Below, piece after piece: positions 46,151 to 58,685 of a stretch of DNA of 64,000 nucleotides. Position 1 is the stretch's first letter. The number at the start of each line of letters is the position of its first letter. A model generated the notes under the pieces. It did not search any database. It saw only the letters and a list, made by a program, of their open reading frames with translations, and had not been told where the DNA came from. Made by a program: the position numbers and the translations under genes. Origin of the DNA: Microcaecilia unicolor (lineage: Eukaryota); the NCBI RefSeq assembly GCF_901765095.1, contig NC_044037.1, forward strand, positions 104,359,279-104,423,278, given 5' to 3'.

Positions 46151-47469
46151 GAACAAAAATCAGAAAAAGCGTCAAGGGCTGTCAAGCTGGGGATACTCAA
46201 GAGTGCTTTATTGATGACTCTTCAGTATTCCATGCTTGACGGCGCTTGATGCTCTTTCTGACTTTGTGTTGTGTGCTTCGACCCTTTCATTTGCCGCTTT
46301 CTTCCTACAACAATCAGCGTCTGTAAAACTGGCAAACTTTGGGAGGAATCTACCTCTCCAGGCCCACTTGGTGCTACGCTCTCGAGTCTTAAACTGACCT
46401 GATACCTCTCATCGTCTTGGGCTAAACACTACTAACAGTCCCAGTATTAGTTGTAAGGATAACGTCAGTTCCAAGCAGGCGGTGTCAGTGGACCTTCCGG
46501 TTCCTCCTGTTGCCTCTAGTTCCAGACCTGCAGCCACTGGTCCTTCTAAGATGCACAGCCATGTGGCCCAGCACCTTCTTTTTAAAGAAAAGTCAGCAAG
46601 TCCTTTCCCTTCTCCTTCCCACTGCCATACCAGCAGCAAAACACCACAGCTCACATGCAGGGCCGCAATCTCTTTACCATGGCTGTCAGTCCTGCCCCCT
46701 CTGACATCACCTTGCTGTTCTAGGGTTCTGGGGCAGAGCTGCCAACCCCATGTGTAAGTTGTGGTGTTTTGCTCCGCTGCTGCTGATCAGGAAAAGTAGC
46801 AGTATTGACATAGTAACATGGAGGGGCATAATCGAACGGATTGACATCACCTTGCTGTTCTAGGGTTCTTATCAATGGGGCGGAGCTAGGGTGGGGGTGG
46901 GGCTAGAATGGGGCCCCACCAAATTGGTCTGCATAGGGCCCCCACACTTGCTAAGACTGGCCCTGACTGGGCAGTGGCGGCGCCACTCATAGGCTGCCTG
47001 CAACCTGCACCAGGACTTCTTCCCTGAACAGTCCCACCCCTCAATCCCCCTGTACTGTGCAAATATAAAGAGATGCAAATTTCAAAAACTGACATATTTC
47101 AATCACTTTACTATAGGTTAACAAATACAAATAAAACAAAACATGGAAAATATAATATCATTTTAGTGGACTAAATACATTTTTCAATTAGCTTTCAAAG
47201 GCCAAAACCTCTTTCCTCAGGTCAGGACAGTATACTGCTGTTATGGTATTCTGTTCTGACACAAGAAAGGAGGGTTTGGTCTCCAAACATTAGTCAAAAA
47301 TGTATTAAAATTAGTCCAGCAAACATTACTTCCATTTTCTGTATTTATTAACACAGCTACCATACTACTTTATCCTAAACTAAAAATAAAATTCATTTTT
47401 TCCTACCTTTGTGGTCTGGCCGTTTACTGTTTTTAATCGTGTTGGTCCCAGTCTCTTGTTTCTTCTTTG

Positions 47470-48480
47470 CTCAATCTTCAACTTTCCCCCCTTTCCATCC
47501 AGCATCTACCCCCTCTCTCCCCCTTTTCCTTCCAGCATCTGCCCCCTCTCTCTCTCCTTTCCATCCAGCATCTGCCCCCTCTCTTCCCTCTTGCCATCCG
47601 GCGTCTATTTTCTCCATCCATGTGTAGTTTTTCTTCTCTTTTCCCTTTCCCTCATCTCTGTCAGTATGCGTCTCCTTCCTCTTTCTTCACTCCCCTCCAT
47701 CCATATGCAACTCCTTCCTCTTTCTTCCCTCTCCTCCATCCATGTCCATTTTTCCTCTCTCCGCCCCTCCATCCATGTTCATCTCACTTCCTCTCTTCCC
47801 TCTCCTCCATCCATGTCCAGCATTTTTCCTCTCTCCACTCCATCCATGTGCATCTCCTCCTGTCTTCCCTCCCCTCCATCCATTTCCAGCATTTCTCCTG
47901 CCCTCCCCTGCATCCATGTACAGCAACTCTCATCTCTCCCCTGCCCTCCCAGCCATCAATATTCAGCAACTCTCCTCTCTCCCCTATCCTCTCCTGCATC
48001 CATGTCCAGCAATTCTCCTCTCTCCCCTGCCCTCCCCTGCATCCATGTCCAGCAACTCTCCTCTCTCCCCTGCCCTCTCCTGCATCTATGTCCAGCAACT
48101 CTCTTCTCTCCCCTGCCCTCCCCTGTATCCATGTTCAGCAACTCTCCTCTCTCCCTTGACCTCCCCTGTATCCATGTTCAGCAAGTCTCCTCTCTCCCCT
48201 GACCTCCCCTGTATCCATGTTCAGCAAGTCTCCTCTCTCCCCTGCCCTCCCCTGTATCCATGTTCAGCAACTCTCCTCTCTCCCCTGTCCCCTGCCCTCC
48301 CCTGTATCCATGTTCAGCAACTCTCCTCTCTCCCCTGTCCCCTGCCCTCCCCAGTATCCATGTTCAGCAACTCTCCTCTCTCCCCTGTCCCCTGCCCCCC
48401 CTGTATCCATGTTCAGCAACTCTCCTCTCTCCCCTGCCCCCTGCTCAGCATCAATGTTCAGCGATTTCTTCCCTGCCCTA
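47470..48480 (+). repeat. Pyrimidine-rich satellite array with a ~43-50-bp unit (catccatgtccagcaactctcctctctcccctgccctcccctg)
   Basis: A tandem periodicity is visible, and the long ORFs at 47411-48504 are its artefacts. Confidence 0.8.
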
Positions 48481-48490
48481 CCTCTTAAAA

Positions 48491-48688
48491 CTAATTTTAC
48501 CTGACTGAACGAAAGCAGCAGAGTAAAGCCGGCTCCGTCTTCACCTTTCTTCTTCCCTCTCAGCTGTGGTCCCGCCCTCATTTCCTGTTTATGCAAGGGC
48601 AGGAGCACAGCTGAGAGGGAAAGAGAAAGGTGAAGACGGAGCCTGTACTCTACTTCTTTCACTGCCATTCAGTCATGTAAAATTAGTT
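48491..48688. repeat. Palindromic hairpin core of the same MITE family (~85-bp arms), abutting the satellite array
   Basis: ctaattttacctgactgaacgaaagcagcagagtaaagccggctccgtcttcacc... pairs with ...ggtgaagacggagcctgtactctacttctttcactgccattcagtcatgtaaaattag. Confidence 0.6.
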
Positions 48689-48915
48689 TTATGAGCGGCA
48701 GGAAAGCAAGGAGGGCAGGTTTGAAAATATTGGGGGTGCTCGAGCACCCACAGCACCCATGGAGTCGGCGTCTATGTCTGGGACCAAAGAAATATATTCA
48801 GTTAACCGGAGTGTGCACTTAACCGTTGTGACCCAAAGAAGCTTGACATCTGATAAACATATGTACTGTACTGATTATAAGTACAATATACAGTCTCTGT
48901 TAACTGACGTTAGGC

Positions 48916-49746
48916 TTACTTGAAGTAATCAGTCATAGTCCTCTGTACACTATTGTGTCTGTGAGTTCCATAGACTACGTCTGCCAGACGGTAAAAACTG
49001 TCATAGCACTGACATCCAGTGACCTCCAGATAGGCCCGCACGGTGTTAAGACTCTCCAGCACTCTTGCAAAAGTGACAGGAGGTTGTTGAATTTCGTCAG
49101 CATGTGCCTCACTGCTCATTTCATCATCTGTTTCATCATCAGCCGTTGCCTGCGTGTCGGCCCATATCTCGACATCAGTGCTGTCGTCAGCTGTTTGTAG
49201 ATCGTAATCAACAGCTACGTAGTGATGAAACTCCTCTTCAGTAACACCGGCTGGGATGTCAATAGCCTGTTCATCTGATGCATTTGCAACAGCTGCATCT
49301 GTTTCGTCCCTCTCTACATCCTTAACAAAGCTTGCCCGCTTGTAGCAGTTCACAATGGCTGCCTGTGTAACATGATTCCAGGCTTCTTTCTGCTTTTGTA
49401 GGGAATCCAACAGTGATAGATTACAAGCCAGTTCAACAGCACGTTTATCTTTGCCAGTCTGGTCATCCATAACGCTCATCAGACAACGTAGCACAAGAGC
49501 CCAATAATGTTTTTTGAAATTGGCTATTATGCCCTGATCCATAGGTTGGATCAGAGAGGTAGTGTTTGGTGGCAGGAAGACCACCTTGATGTTAGACAGC
49601 TTGATATCATCACTGTGTGCAGCACAATTATCACAAAGCAACAAAATCTGACGCTTTTGTGCCTGCATTCTAGTGTCTAACTTCTTTAGCCACTGCTTCC
49701 AAATTTCCCCAGTCATCCATGAATTTGCGTTAGCCTCGTATGACAC
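48916..49746 (-). pseudogene. Tigger/pogo DDE transposase catalytic domain (frameshifted relative to upstream pieces)
   Basis: Shows LLLCDNCAAHS...VVFLPPNTTSLIQPMDQGIIANFKKHY, as in the Tigger1/2 DDE region. Confidence 0.8.
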
Positions 49747-49752
49747 AGGAAG

Positions 49753-50097
49753 TCACTTAACATTCTTGAAGCAATGGGGCTGTTTGCTCTTTCTAATGAC
49801 GAGTGGTTCCAACTTCTCACTCCCATCCATATTGCAGCAAAGGAGGATCGTCAGTCGGTCCTTCGACGTTTTACTTCCTGTAGTTATGGCTTGTTTGAAT
49901 GCAAATGTTCCATCAGGAATCGCTAGCCAGTAGAGACCGTTTTCGTCAGCATTGAAAATGTCACGAGGTGCAAACTCGTTCAAGATGGTAGGAAGACCTG
50001 AAACAACCCAATTTTCAGCACCAAAGTCATCAGCGTCTTGTTTCTCACCATGCTGTTTCTTGAATTTTATGTTCTTCTTCTTCTTCCATCTTTCCAA
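49753..50097 (-). pseudogene. Tigger/pogo transposase middle segment
   Basis: Shows FNADENGLYWLAIPDGTFAFK...TILLCCNMDGSEKLEPLVI. Confidence 0.7.
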
Positions 50098-50231
50098 CCA
50101 TCCAACAGTGACTTTGAATTCAGTTAGTCCAAGACTTCAAGCTAGCTGATTAGCTTTCTCCATAAGCAGTGGACCACTGACAGGAAACTGTCTGCTCCTG
50201 ACTTGAGAAAACCACCGAAGAAGAGCATCTT

Positions 50232-50480
50232 CTATAACCTTAGCTTTTCCCGCCCGTTTACGTTTCCTGTGTGGATTTGTATTGTGTTGCCAGTCTTCAG
50301 AAGCTGATCTTTCTGCTTCAAGATACGTGAAATTTGACTGGGATTGACACCATATTCTTTAGCAATAGATGCTTGACTTTGTTTGTTTTCTAATTTTGTA
50401 AGAACTTCTATTTGTTCAGCCAGTGTTAAAGTCTTACAGTTGCGCAATGATGACGACCACTCCAGTGTACACTCTAACAA
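50232..50480 (-). pseudogene. Tigger/pogo N-terminal CENP-B-type HTH (psq) domain
   Basis: Shows KTLTLAEQIEVLTKLENKQSQASIAKEYGVNPSQISRILKQKDQLL. Confidence 0.7.
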
Positions 50481-50992
50481 CTTTCACTTATTCTGCCTGT
50501 GGCAGTTAACCAATGAGATTTCAAATTTATCGCCCCTTTATCACGTGCCAATCGGCTTCCATATTCCGTGCCTGCGCTTATGCGGAGTTTTTCCTGCAGA
50601 GGAGAGGTCTTAAACCATGCATATAAGCAAATCTTGCACTTATCAGTGGTGCGCTAAACCGAAGTTTGTCCCCATAGAAGCTGATGGCGCCAAAAACGGG
50701 ACCGAAGTATGGCATGCACTTAAATGGAGTGCACTGTACACGTTTGCAGGGCCCAAGTTATCTGCAAGACAAGTCGGTTTCACTTTCTCTGCTGCCAGAG
50801 GTGAGGATGAGGAAGTTAACTTGCACAGCCACTCCCTAGTTCCCTGCACCAAGAGGAGGAGAAATGAAAAGCAAGGAGGAGATTTAACTTAGCGGGGGGG
50901 GGGGGGGGGGGGAGCAGAGTCCTTTCCGGTAGGAAAGAAGGAAGGGTTTCATCTTGCTGTCACCTCTCCCACCTGTCTATTCTGTGCATTTC

Positions 50993-51472
50993 TGGCAGGG
51001 CCGTGCCGATGCGGTAAGCGGGGTAAGCACCGCAGGAGGGTGCCCACCTCTGGAGGGCACCGCCGCAGTGCTTACCCTCGCCCTGCGCCGCCGAGGCCTT
51101 TAAATCTTTTACTTGCAGTCGCAGCAGCGTCTGTGAAAACGGAGCGCTGCCGACGTCTCCCTTCCCTTGCACTCGTTGGTTCCCTCAGTGTCCCGCCTTC
51201 TTCTGACATCAGAAGAAGGCGGACACTGAGGGAACCAAGAGCGCGAAGGGAAGGGAGACGTCGGCAGCGCTCCGCTTTCACAGACGCTGCTGCGACTGCA
51301 AGTAAAAGATTTAAAGGCCCCCAGGGCGCGCAGCGATAATCTTCACGGGGGGGGAGAGGGGTGCGCGCGCGCCAACTGTTCTTCTGCGGGGGGGCGCCAA
51401 CTGTTCTTCTGCGGGGGGGGGGCGCCAACAGTTCGTCTGCGGGGGGGCGGCATAGACCCTTGGCACGGGCCT
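50993..51472. mobile_element. MITE of the same family (CAGGGCCGTGCC...GGCACGGGCCTG) with a near-perfect ~110-bp-arm internal palindrome centred near 51213
   Basis: Its 5' end is near-identical to 26482-26560. A perfect hairpin (ctttaaatcttttacttgcagtcgcagcagcg...ttctgacatcagaa...) sits inside. The 3' end is the inverted terminus. Confidence 0.65.
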
Positions 51473-52324
51473 GATTTCTCGGTTCCTCGGCTGGCATTCC
51501 CAGCACTGTGTTCTACCTTTTTTTCCTCTGGTCTCCTTTATTTATTTAAAAGATTTATAACCCACACAGCCTTGCCCAGTGGTTTCTCTATCCAGAAATA
51601 TTTGGGATGGCAAGCCCAAAAGACATTTCAGCACATCATGCCCACCACATCACACACCCTCCCCCTCCACCCCCCTTTTTTAAATTAGCAATATAAGATA
51701 TCCTGGTCTCTCCCTTTACCTAGATTCATCTACCAGGTTAAAAAAAAAACACCATCCTTTCACTGCCAGATCAGGTAATCAATCAGTTAGTTTTGTGTAT
51801 GATGACTATTTATGGTTCAACAATTTTTATTGATAACATATCAAATACAACCACATGACATAAGCATGATAAAGTGACAGCGGGTGATGCTCTTCCATGT
51901 ATAAATATTGAGATTTTAAGTCTGTCCCCATCTGCTTTATGACAAGGACAACTGACCATTTTAGTAGCCACCCTCTGGACCGACTTTATCCTGTTTATAT
52001 CTTTCTGAAGGAGCGGTCTCCAGAATTGTACGCAATATTCTAAATGAGATCTCACCAGAGTCTTATACAAATCATCACTTCCTTTTTCCCACTGATCATT
52101 CCTCTCCCTATGTACCCAAGCATCCTTCTAGCTTTTGCCTTTACCTTTTCTACCCGTTTGGCCACCTTAAGATCATCACATATGATCACAGTTAGTACTT
52201 AAGCTGAAACTGGCTAATTTGTGGGCAGTCTGGGAGTAGAGACTGCACTTATGTAGTTAAGTTCCAATGTTCAGTGCTTTAACTGCCTAAGGTAACCCCC
52301 TAAATAGGATGCACCTGATACACA

Positions 52325-52457
52325 TGTACCTTTATTCGACCACAATATCACCTTGTATTTGTTTCTCTACCGGACTAGGCGAAAGCCTTTACGGTATTAT
52401 GTAAGCCACATTGAGCCTGCAAATAGGTGGGAAAATGTGGGATCCAAATGCGACAAA

Positions 52458-52492
<35 letters not shown>

Positions 52493-52500
52493 ATATTGCA
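52325..52500 (+). repeat. 5'-truncated copy of the L2-like LINE 3' tail with an (ATAA)n tail
   Basis: Matches 33850-34015 (accacaatatcaccttgtatttgtt...gtaagccacattgagcctgcaaataggtgggaaaatgtggg). Confidence 0.8.
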
Positions 52501-53099
52501 CTTAACCACATAAGTGTTAATTGGCCACATATGTCCATATATTCAATGCTGGTGCACTAACATGGCCTGTCATCGATGGGCATAAAGTTGGCAGCAACCA
52601 GAAAAACGCTGACCGCTGCCAGCTGAATATCAGTGCTTCGGTGTATACCCAGAATATGGATAACTCCTTTACATAAACAATATCTTTGGTTGGGACCAGG
52701 GCCAGAACCAGAATCCTCTGGGAAGCCATGGGCAGCCTCACTCTCTCTGCATACTGTGCATTCTCTCAATAAGCTAGTTTGCTCCAAATGCTGTTCTGAA
52801 CTGTTTAATAAAATCAAGTCTCTTAAATCAAACAAATGCAACTACTGTACCTTAATGTATAGCACTTCAATATCTTCCAGGCTTGCAGGCAGCATCTAAG
52901 AAATTAAATAAAATTTTAAAATGTAAAACAGTTGCACATATAGGCAAGTGATAAATGGCAAACAACGTTTATTTACAATGTCTCTGAGGCTTAATACTTC
53001 TAACTAGAGAATGACACAGGGACACGGGACCTGCGGTAACCACAAGGATGGGGACGGGGACATAACCCCCCTTTACCTTGAATCTTAGACTACTATTAC

Positions 53100-53330
53100 T
53101 TATCAATTATGAGGCAAAGAGGGGCATTTTCAATATGATGTCTAAGTCCGACTTAGGACATTTTTCAAAAAACGTCCAAAATCCAAATAGGAAAGAAGGT
53201 CATTTTCAAAAGAGAAAAACCTCTTTCTTTTGTTTTCAAAAATACTGTTCTGAATAACATTTTGTGATTTGGACGTTTTGGTTTTTTTGGTTCATTTTCG
53301 AAAAAAAATAAAAAAGTCCAAGTGCAAAAC
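53100..53330. repeat. Fragment related to the same GGACGT-repeat element family
   Basis: Shows ggacgttttggtttttttggttcattttcgaaaaaaaa and ttaggacatttttcaaaaaacgtccaaaatccaaat. Confidence 0.45.
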
Positions 53331-53384
53331 ACACAAAATCAAGCCATTGGGATGTAGGAGGAGCCAGCATTTTTAGTAGACTGG

Positions 53385-53770
53385 CAGTGGTGTGCTGGAG
53401 CCGGCTCGCGGTTGTTACATTTTTAAAGCTCTTGTGAGCCAGTTGTTCTGGCAGGCGAGCCGGCTCCCAAGGGTGACGCAACCCGGCAGTAAGTGAGGTA
53501 AGCATGGCAGGAGGGCGCCACAAGCCATGCTTACACTCCTGCCACTCTGGGGGGTTTAAATCGTTGATTTACCTCCATTGCAGCAGCTGCAGTGGAAGCC
53601 CGTCTCTAGTCTTCCCTTCTTTCCCGTCAGTGTTCCGCCTTCTTCTGATGTCATTTCCTCTTTCCGCGAGGGCGGGACACTGACAGGAAACGATGGGAAG
53701 GCTAGAGATGGGCTTTCACTGCTGCTGCTGCGACGGAGGTAAATCAACGATTTAAACCCCCCAGGAGGCA
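53385..53770. mobile_element. Diverged copy of the same MITE family with an internal palindrome (53530-53760)
   Basis: Shares ...ggcagtaagtgaggtaagcatggcaggagggcgcc... and a hairpin gtttaaatcgttgatttacctccattgcagcagc.../...gctgctgctgcgacggaggtaaatcaacgatttaaac. Confidence 0.5.
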
Positions 53771-53789
53771 GGAGCAAAACGAGGGATGT

Positions 53790-54990
53790 TTGGGGAAGGG
53801 CGGGCAGGTGGACATTGGAGCGGGAGGGCAGGGGAGAGGAGCATCAAAGCCATCGATGGAGATGGATGGGAAGGCAGGGCCCAGGGAGAGAGGAGAAGTT
53901 GCTGGACATGGAGGGGAGGGGAGGGCAGGGGAGAGAGGACAGCTGCTGAATATGGATGGATGGAGGGGGAGGGGAGAGAGGAGAATCGCTGGGTATGGAT
54001 GGCTGGAGGGGAGCGAGGAGAATCGCTGGGTATGGGTGGCTGGAGGGGGGGCAGGGGATAGAAGAGAATCACTGGGTATGGGTAGCTGGAGGGGGAGGCA
54101 GGGGATAGAAGAGAATCGTTGGGTATAGGTGGCTGGAGGGGGGCAGGGGAGAGAGGAGAATTGCTGATATGGATGAATGGAGGGAGGGCAGGGGAGAGAA
54201 GAGTTACTGGACATGGGTGGAGGGGAGGGCAGGGGAGAGGAGAGTTGCTGGATATGGGTGGCTGGAGGGGGGACAGGGGAGAGAAGAGAATCGTTGGGTA
54301 TGGACGGCTGGAGGGGGGCAGGGGAGAGAAGAGAATCGCTGGGTATGGACGGCTGGAGGTGGGGCAGGAGAGAGAAGAGAATCGCTGGGTATGGACGGCT
54401 GGAGGGGGGCAGGGGAGAGAAGAGAATCGATGGGTATGGATGGATAGAGGGGGGCAGGAGAGAGAAGAGAATTGCTGATATGGATGGATGGAGGGAGGGC
54501 AGGGGAGAGGAGAGTTGCTGGATATGGGTGGCTGGAGGGGGGACAGGGGAGAGAAGAGAATCGTTGGGTATGGACGGCTGGAGGGGGGCAGGGGAGAGAA
54601 GAGAATCGCTGGGTATGGACGGCTGGAGGGGGGCAGGGGAGAGAAGAGAATCGATGGGTATGGATGGATAGAGGGGGGCAGGAGAGAGAAGAGAATTGCT
54701 GATATGGATGGATGGAGGGAGGGCAGGGGAGAGGAGAGTTGCTGGACATGGATGGATGGAGTGGAGGGCAGGGGAGAGGTGAGTTGCTGGACATGGGTGG
54801 ATGGAGGGGTGGGCAGGGGGGAGAGGAGGATTGCTGGACGAGTGAATGGAGTGGAGGGCAGGGGAGAGGAGGGTTGCTGGACATGGATGGAGGAGAGGGA
54901 AGGGAGTGAGAAGAAATGCTGGACATGGATGGAGGGGAGGGAAGAGTGAGGAAGGAGATGAGATGAGGGAAAAGGAAAAGAGGAGAAAAA
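53790..54990 (-). repeat. The same satellite in inverted orientation (purine-rich on the + strand)
   Basis: The unit gggtatggacggctggaggggggcaggggagagaagagaatcgct is the reverse complement of the 47470-48480 unit. Confidence 0.8.
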
Positions 54991-55489
54991 CTGCATATGG
55001 ATGAAGAAAATAGGCAGATTCACTGGACAGTCAAGTCTGCGGAGGACCCAGCTTTTATTTATGAATGTAGGGCAAGAAATGAAGAAGAAAAACGGAAAGT
55101 AAAGAAATAAATGGAAAGGAAGCCCTGGAAACTGAGTTAAGAGGACAGATAGCAGCAGAATCGGATACTGGGCCAGCATGATCAGAACAACAAAGTCACC
55201 AGACAACAAAGGTCACCAGACAAACATTATAGTGTTTGGAATATGTCCACTTTGAGAATCAGGTGCTCAACATTAAAAGTTTATATTTATTTACTTATTT
55301 ATGGCATTTTATCTCACATTAAACATGAATTAGATTGGAACCTGGGATCATTTAGTTTTTTTTTTCCTAGAGTAATGCATTGAACTCTCCCCCCAGGCTC
55401 TCTCTCCAGCTATAGCCAGCTCTGCAATTTGTGGGGGGGGGGGGGGCGCAGAGGTGGACCGGGGAGAGAGCATGTTGTTAAACATTTAC

Positions 55490-56340
55490 CAGCACACCAC
55501 TGTGTGGTCCCCCTGACATCCCAGGAAAGCAATAGGGCATCCTAGGGGGCACTGCGGTGGACTTCATAAAATGCTCCTAGGTACACATCTCACCATTTCT
55601 CTCTTACCTTGTGCACTGAGCCCCCCAAAACCCACCCAAAACCCAGTATCCCCAACTGTACACCACTACACCTGTATGGGGCACCTATAGGGGGCACCTA
55701 TATGTGGGTACAGTGGGTTTCTGGTGAGTTTGGGAGGGCTCACAGTTTTCTCCACAAGTATAACAGGTATGGGGAGGTAGGAGCCTGGGTCCACCTGTCT
55801 GCAGTGCACTGCACCCATCACTAGACTACTCCAGGGACCTGCATGCTGTTCTAATGGACCCGAGTATAACATTAGAGGCCGGCAAGTAATGTTTTTAATC
55901 ACATTTTCTGGGGGTGGGAGGGGGTTAGTGACCACTGGGGGAATAAGGGGAGGTCATTCCTGATTCCCTCCAGTGGTCATCTGGTTATTTAGGGCAACAT
56001 TTTGTGCCTTATTCATAATAAAAACAGGTCTAGCTCAAAACGTCTAAGTTTTAGTCCTGGATGGTTTTGTTTTGTTCCATTATGTCTGAAAAACGTCTAA
56101 GTCTTAGGAACGCCCTGAACATGCCCTGGCACTTCCCCTTGAGATTTGGATGCACTTCTGGCGGACTTCAGAGAAAAACATCTAAAAATAGGTTTTGAAA
56201 ATGCTGATTTGGACGTTTTTGTGAGAAAAACATCCAAATGCAGACTTACACCACTTTTTGGATGTTTTTCTCTTTTGAAAATGAGCCTGTTATTTGTGAA
56301 AATCCTTGCGATAGAATGGCCAGGATAATACCAGTATTGA
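55490..56340. repeat. Diverged, inverted copy of the 36012-36966 element family
   Basis: Long stretches are the reverse complement of 36060-36900 (for example ccactgggggaataaggggaggt..., gtacacctccatacaggtgtagtgg...), and GGACGT subterminal repeats are present. Confidence 0.65.
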
Positions 56341-56994
56341 TGTATGATGCCCAAACTACATTTATTCAGAAGCAATATCCAGTTAAAAAAAAAAAAAAAG
56401 TACATAGAATTCTGACCTCCATAGAATATTTGCAGAATAATTGAACATTTTCTCTGCTTATAAGCTTTGACATGGAGAAGGTATTCAATGGAATATTTGT
56501 TTGCCCAGTTAAACCCCATTGAACGAGGCAGGAGCCAATGTTCAGCAGCACTTAACTGGTTAGTATCACTGAAATTTCCACTAACCGGCCTTCCCCTAAC
56601 CAGCTAGGTAGGGATGGGCTGGGGGAAGGCAGAGTGTCTGAATAGTAGCTAAGTAACCGAGTGAAGTTAGAACAGCAAAACAGATGTCCTAACTTTATGT
56701 GCCGAGTTAACCGGGCACTGATCTGAATATCCACCAGTGTCCTGTTAACTCCTGGGACATACATGAATATTCAATGCTGGAAATGCCATGCATGCCCTGA
56801 CATTGAATAGCTGGGGTGGGTCCAGTCTGCAGCTGGAAATGCCTTACCACCATGGGTTGAATATTGACCCCAATATGTTTAATCCTTTATTTTCAGTCAG
56901 CATGAAAATGTACATTAGTATTTAAAAAATCCAAGGTATGCGTTCTCAAATGCACATTCTCAGCTTGTGTTCTCTACCAGGCCATGGTTTTACC

Positions 56995-57165
56995 TGCAAT
57001 ACTACTACCAATACTACTACTACTTAACATTTCTAAAGCGCTACTAGGGTTACGCAGCGCTGTACAATTTAACATGGAAAGACAGTCCCTGCTCGAAGAG
57101 CTTATAATCTAAAAGACAAATGTACAGTTAATCTGAAAGGTCAGGCAGATTGGGGCAACCTATAT
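56995..57165 (+). repeat. Second copy of the (TAC)n-headed repeat family
   Basis: Matches 11019-11180. Confidence 0.7.
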
Positions 57166-58685
57166 ACTGGGCTGCATCAGGAACTAACACAATTTTTTAA
57201 AAGAGTGAAAAACATTCAATAAATCAGATGCAAACTTGAAAAAATATATTTCACCTATCCATATAAAAACAGCACAAAACTCACCCTTTGTTTTCCCTGG
57301 GCAAAATTTACTGGCATGTACATACTTTAATAGAGAAGTGAAGAACCCAACACCCTTAAAGAAACAGGAGCCATTCTATTTCTTTATTCAAACCTTCAAG
57401 TTCCAAAGTATGCCATCAAAAGTTACTCTTCTACTTAAATATTGGGAAAAATCTCCCCCGTGAAGGGAAGGTACACTGCTGTACAACAAAACTTTTAATG
57501 TTTTTCTCAGTGTAGGATGATGAAATCCAATGAGATGTCAAAGGCTTTGTCAACTGAGACTAGCATATGGCTGATAGATCATCTATCATTCATACCTTCA
57601 CCAGTGTAATAAGTTTTGCTAATATAACTTTTCAAACAAGGGCATATCACTGCATAATATAGTGACATAGTAAATGACGGCAGATAGAGACCTGAACGGT
57701 CCATCCAGTCTGCCCAACAATCACACTCATTATCAATTCATGATTAAATCAACAATGAATGTGATATTATATACTTTATCACAAGTCTTTTTTTTTTTTT
57801 TACATTTCTGGGAAATAGACCACAGAAGTCCACCCGGCTCTGTCCTTATGTTCTACCAACTGCAGTTGCTGTCAAAGCTCACTCCAATCTATCCAAATCT
57901 GTCTTGTCATTTGCGGGACCCAGACCGTAAATGTCTGTCCAGCACCATCCTCGGTTCTAGCTACTGAAGTTGCCATTGAAGCCTTTTCCAGCCTATCCTA
58001 AACTGGATTGCCATGTACAGACACAGACCTACAAAGTCTACCTGGCACCAGCCTTAGTTTTTCACAGCTGGAGTAGCCATCCAAGTGTCACTCACACATC
58101 CATCTCCTGCAGCCATTTAAGAGTTTTTAAACATTTTCTTTTTGTTTCCTACCATCTGTTTTCTAAATTGGGTTCCTCTGTGTTCATCCCACGCCTTTTT
58201 GAATTCTGTCACTGTCTTTGTCTCTACCGCCTCCCTCTGGTCATTCCAGGCATCAACCTCCCTTTCTGTAGAAATCCTCCTCCACTGGGGCAATGAAATG
58301 TAAAGACGAGTATAATAAATCACAGCCTTGTTTAACCCGCAGCAGGCATCTCATGACTGTAAACATGTGTACAACTCGTGGGTTATATTTGCAAAAATAT
58401 GGTACCGATAGGTGATATATAAATATTTTGAAATAAATACACTGTCCTTCTGAAGAGGTCACCATTGATTTCTTTAATGATGAAATAAATACCTTACAGG
58501 TGTGAAACTATTAATAGCACCCTGTCTCTCTAAGCAGCAGTTTGCAGGTCACACTGGAACAGAAAGCAACACACATGGATCTACAGCAGTCTTGACTGCA
58601 CCTTATTAAGTATGTTCATATCTCTAACTCCATGTGAATTACAGTCCAGGTGCTTCTACCCAAACTCCTGTAATTCCAGTGCATT

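Larger units (their letters stand above)
48790..50770 (-). mobile_element. Degenerate pogo/Tigger-like DNA transposon. Boundaries are approximate, and the TIRs are only weakly Tigger2-like (CAGTTAACC...)
   Basis: Three ORF pieces cover the CENP-B-type HTH and DDE transposase in different frames. Confidence 0.65.

Noticed and set aside
46482-46757. 91-aa ORF ending at a GTAAGT donor as a 5' coding exon of an unknown gene
   Set aside because: It has no recognisable protein similarity and no supporting acceptor or partner exon. The donor is mentioned only under the promoter finding.
47470-48480. CRISPR-like array
   Set aside because: This is eukaryotic sequence, the repeats are a contiguous satellite without unique spacers, and the array is mirrored elsewhere as a satellite.
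53752-55209. 485-aa ORF (and 47411..48504 ORFs) rich in S/P/L or G/E/R
   Set aside because: These are translations of the 45-bp satellite arrays in open frames. They are low complexity and have no domain-like features.
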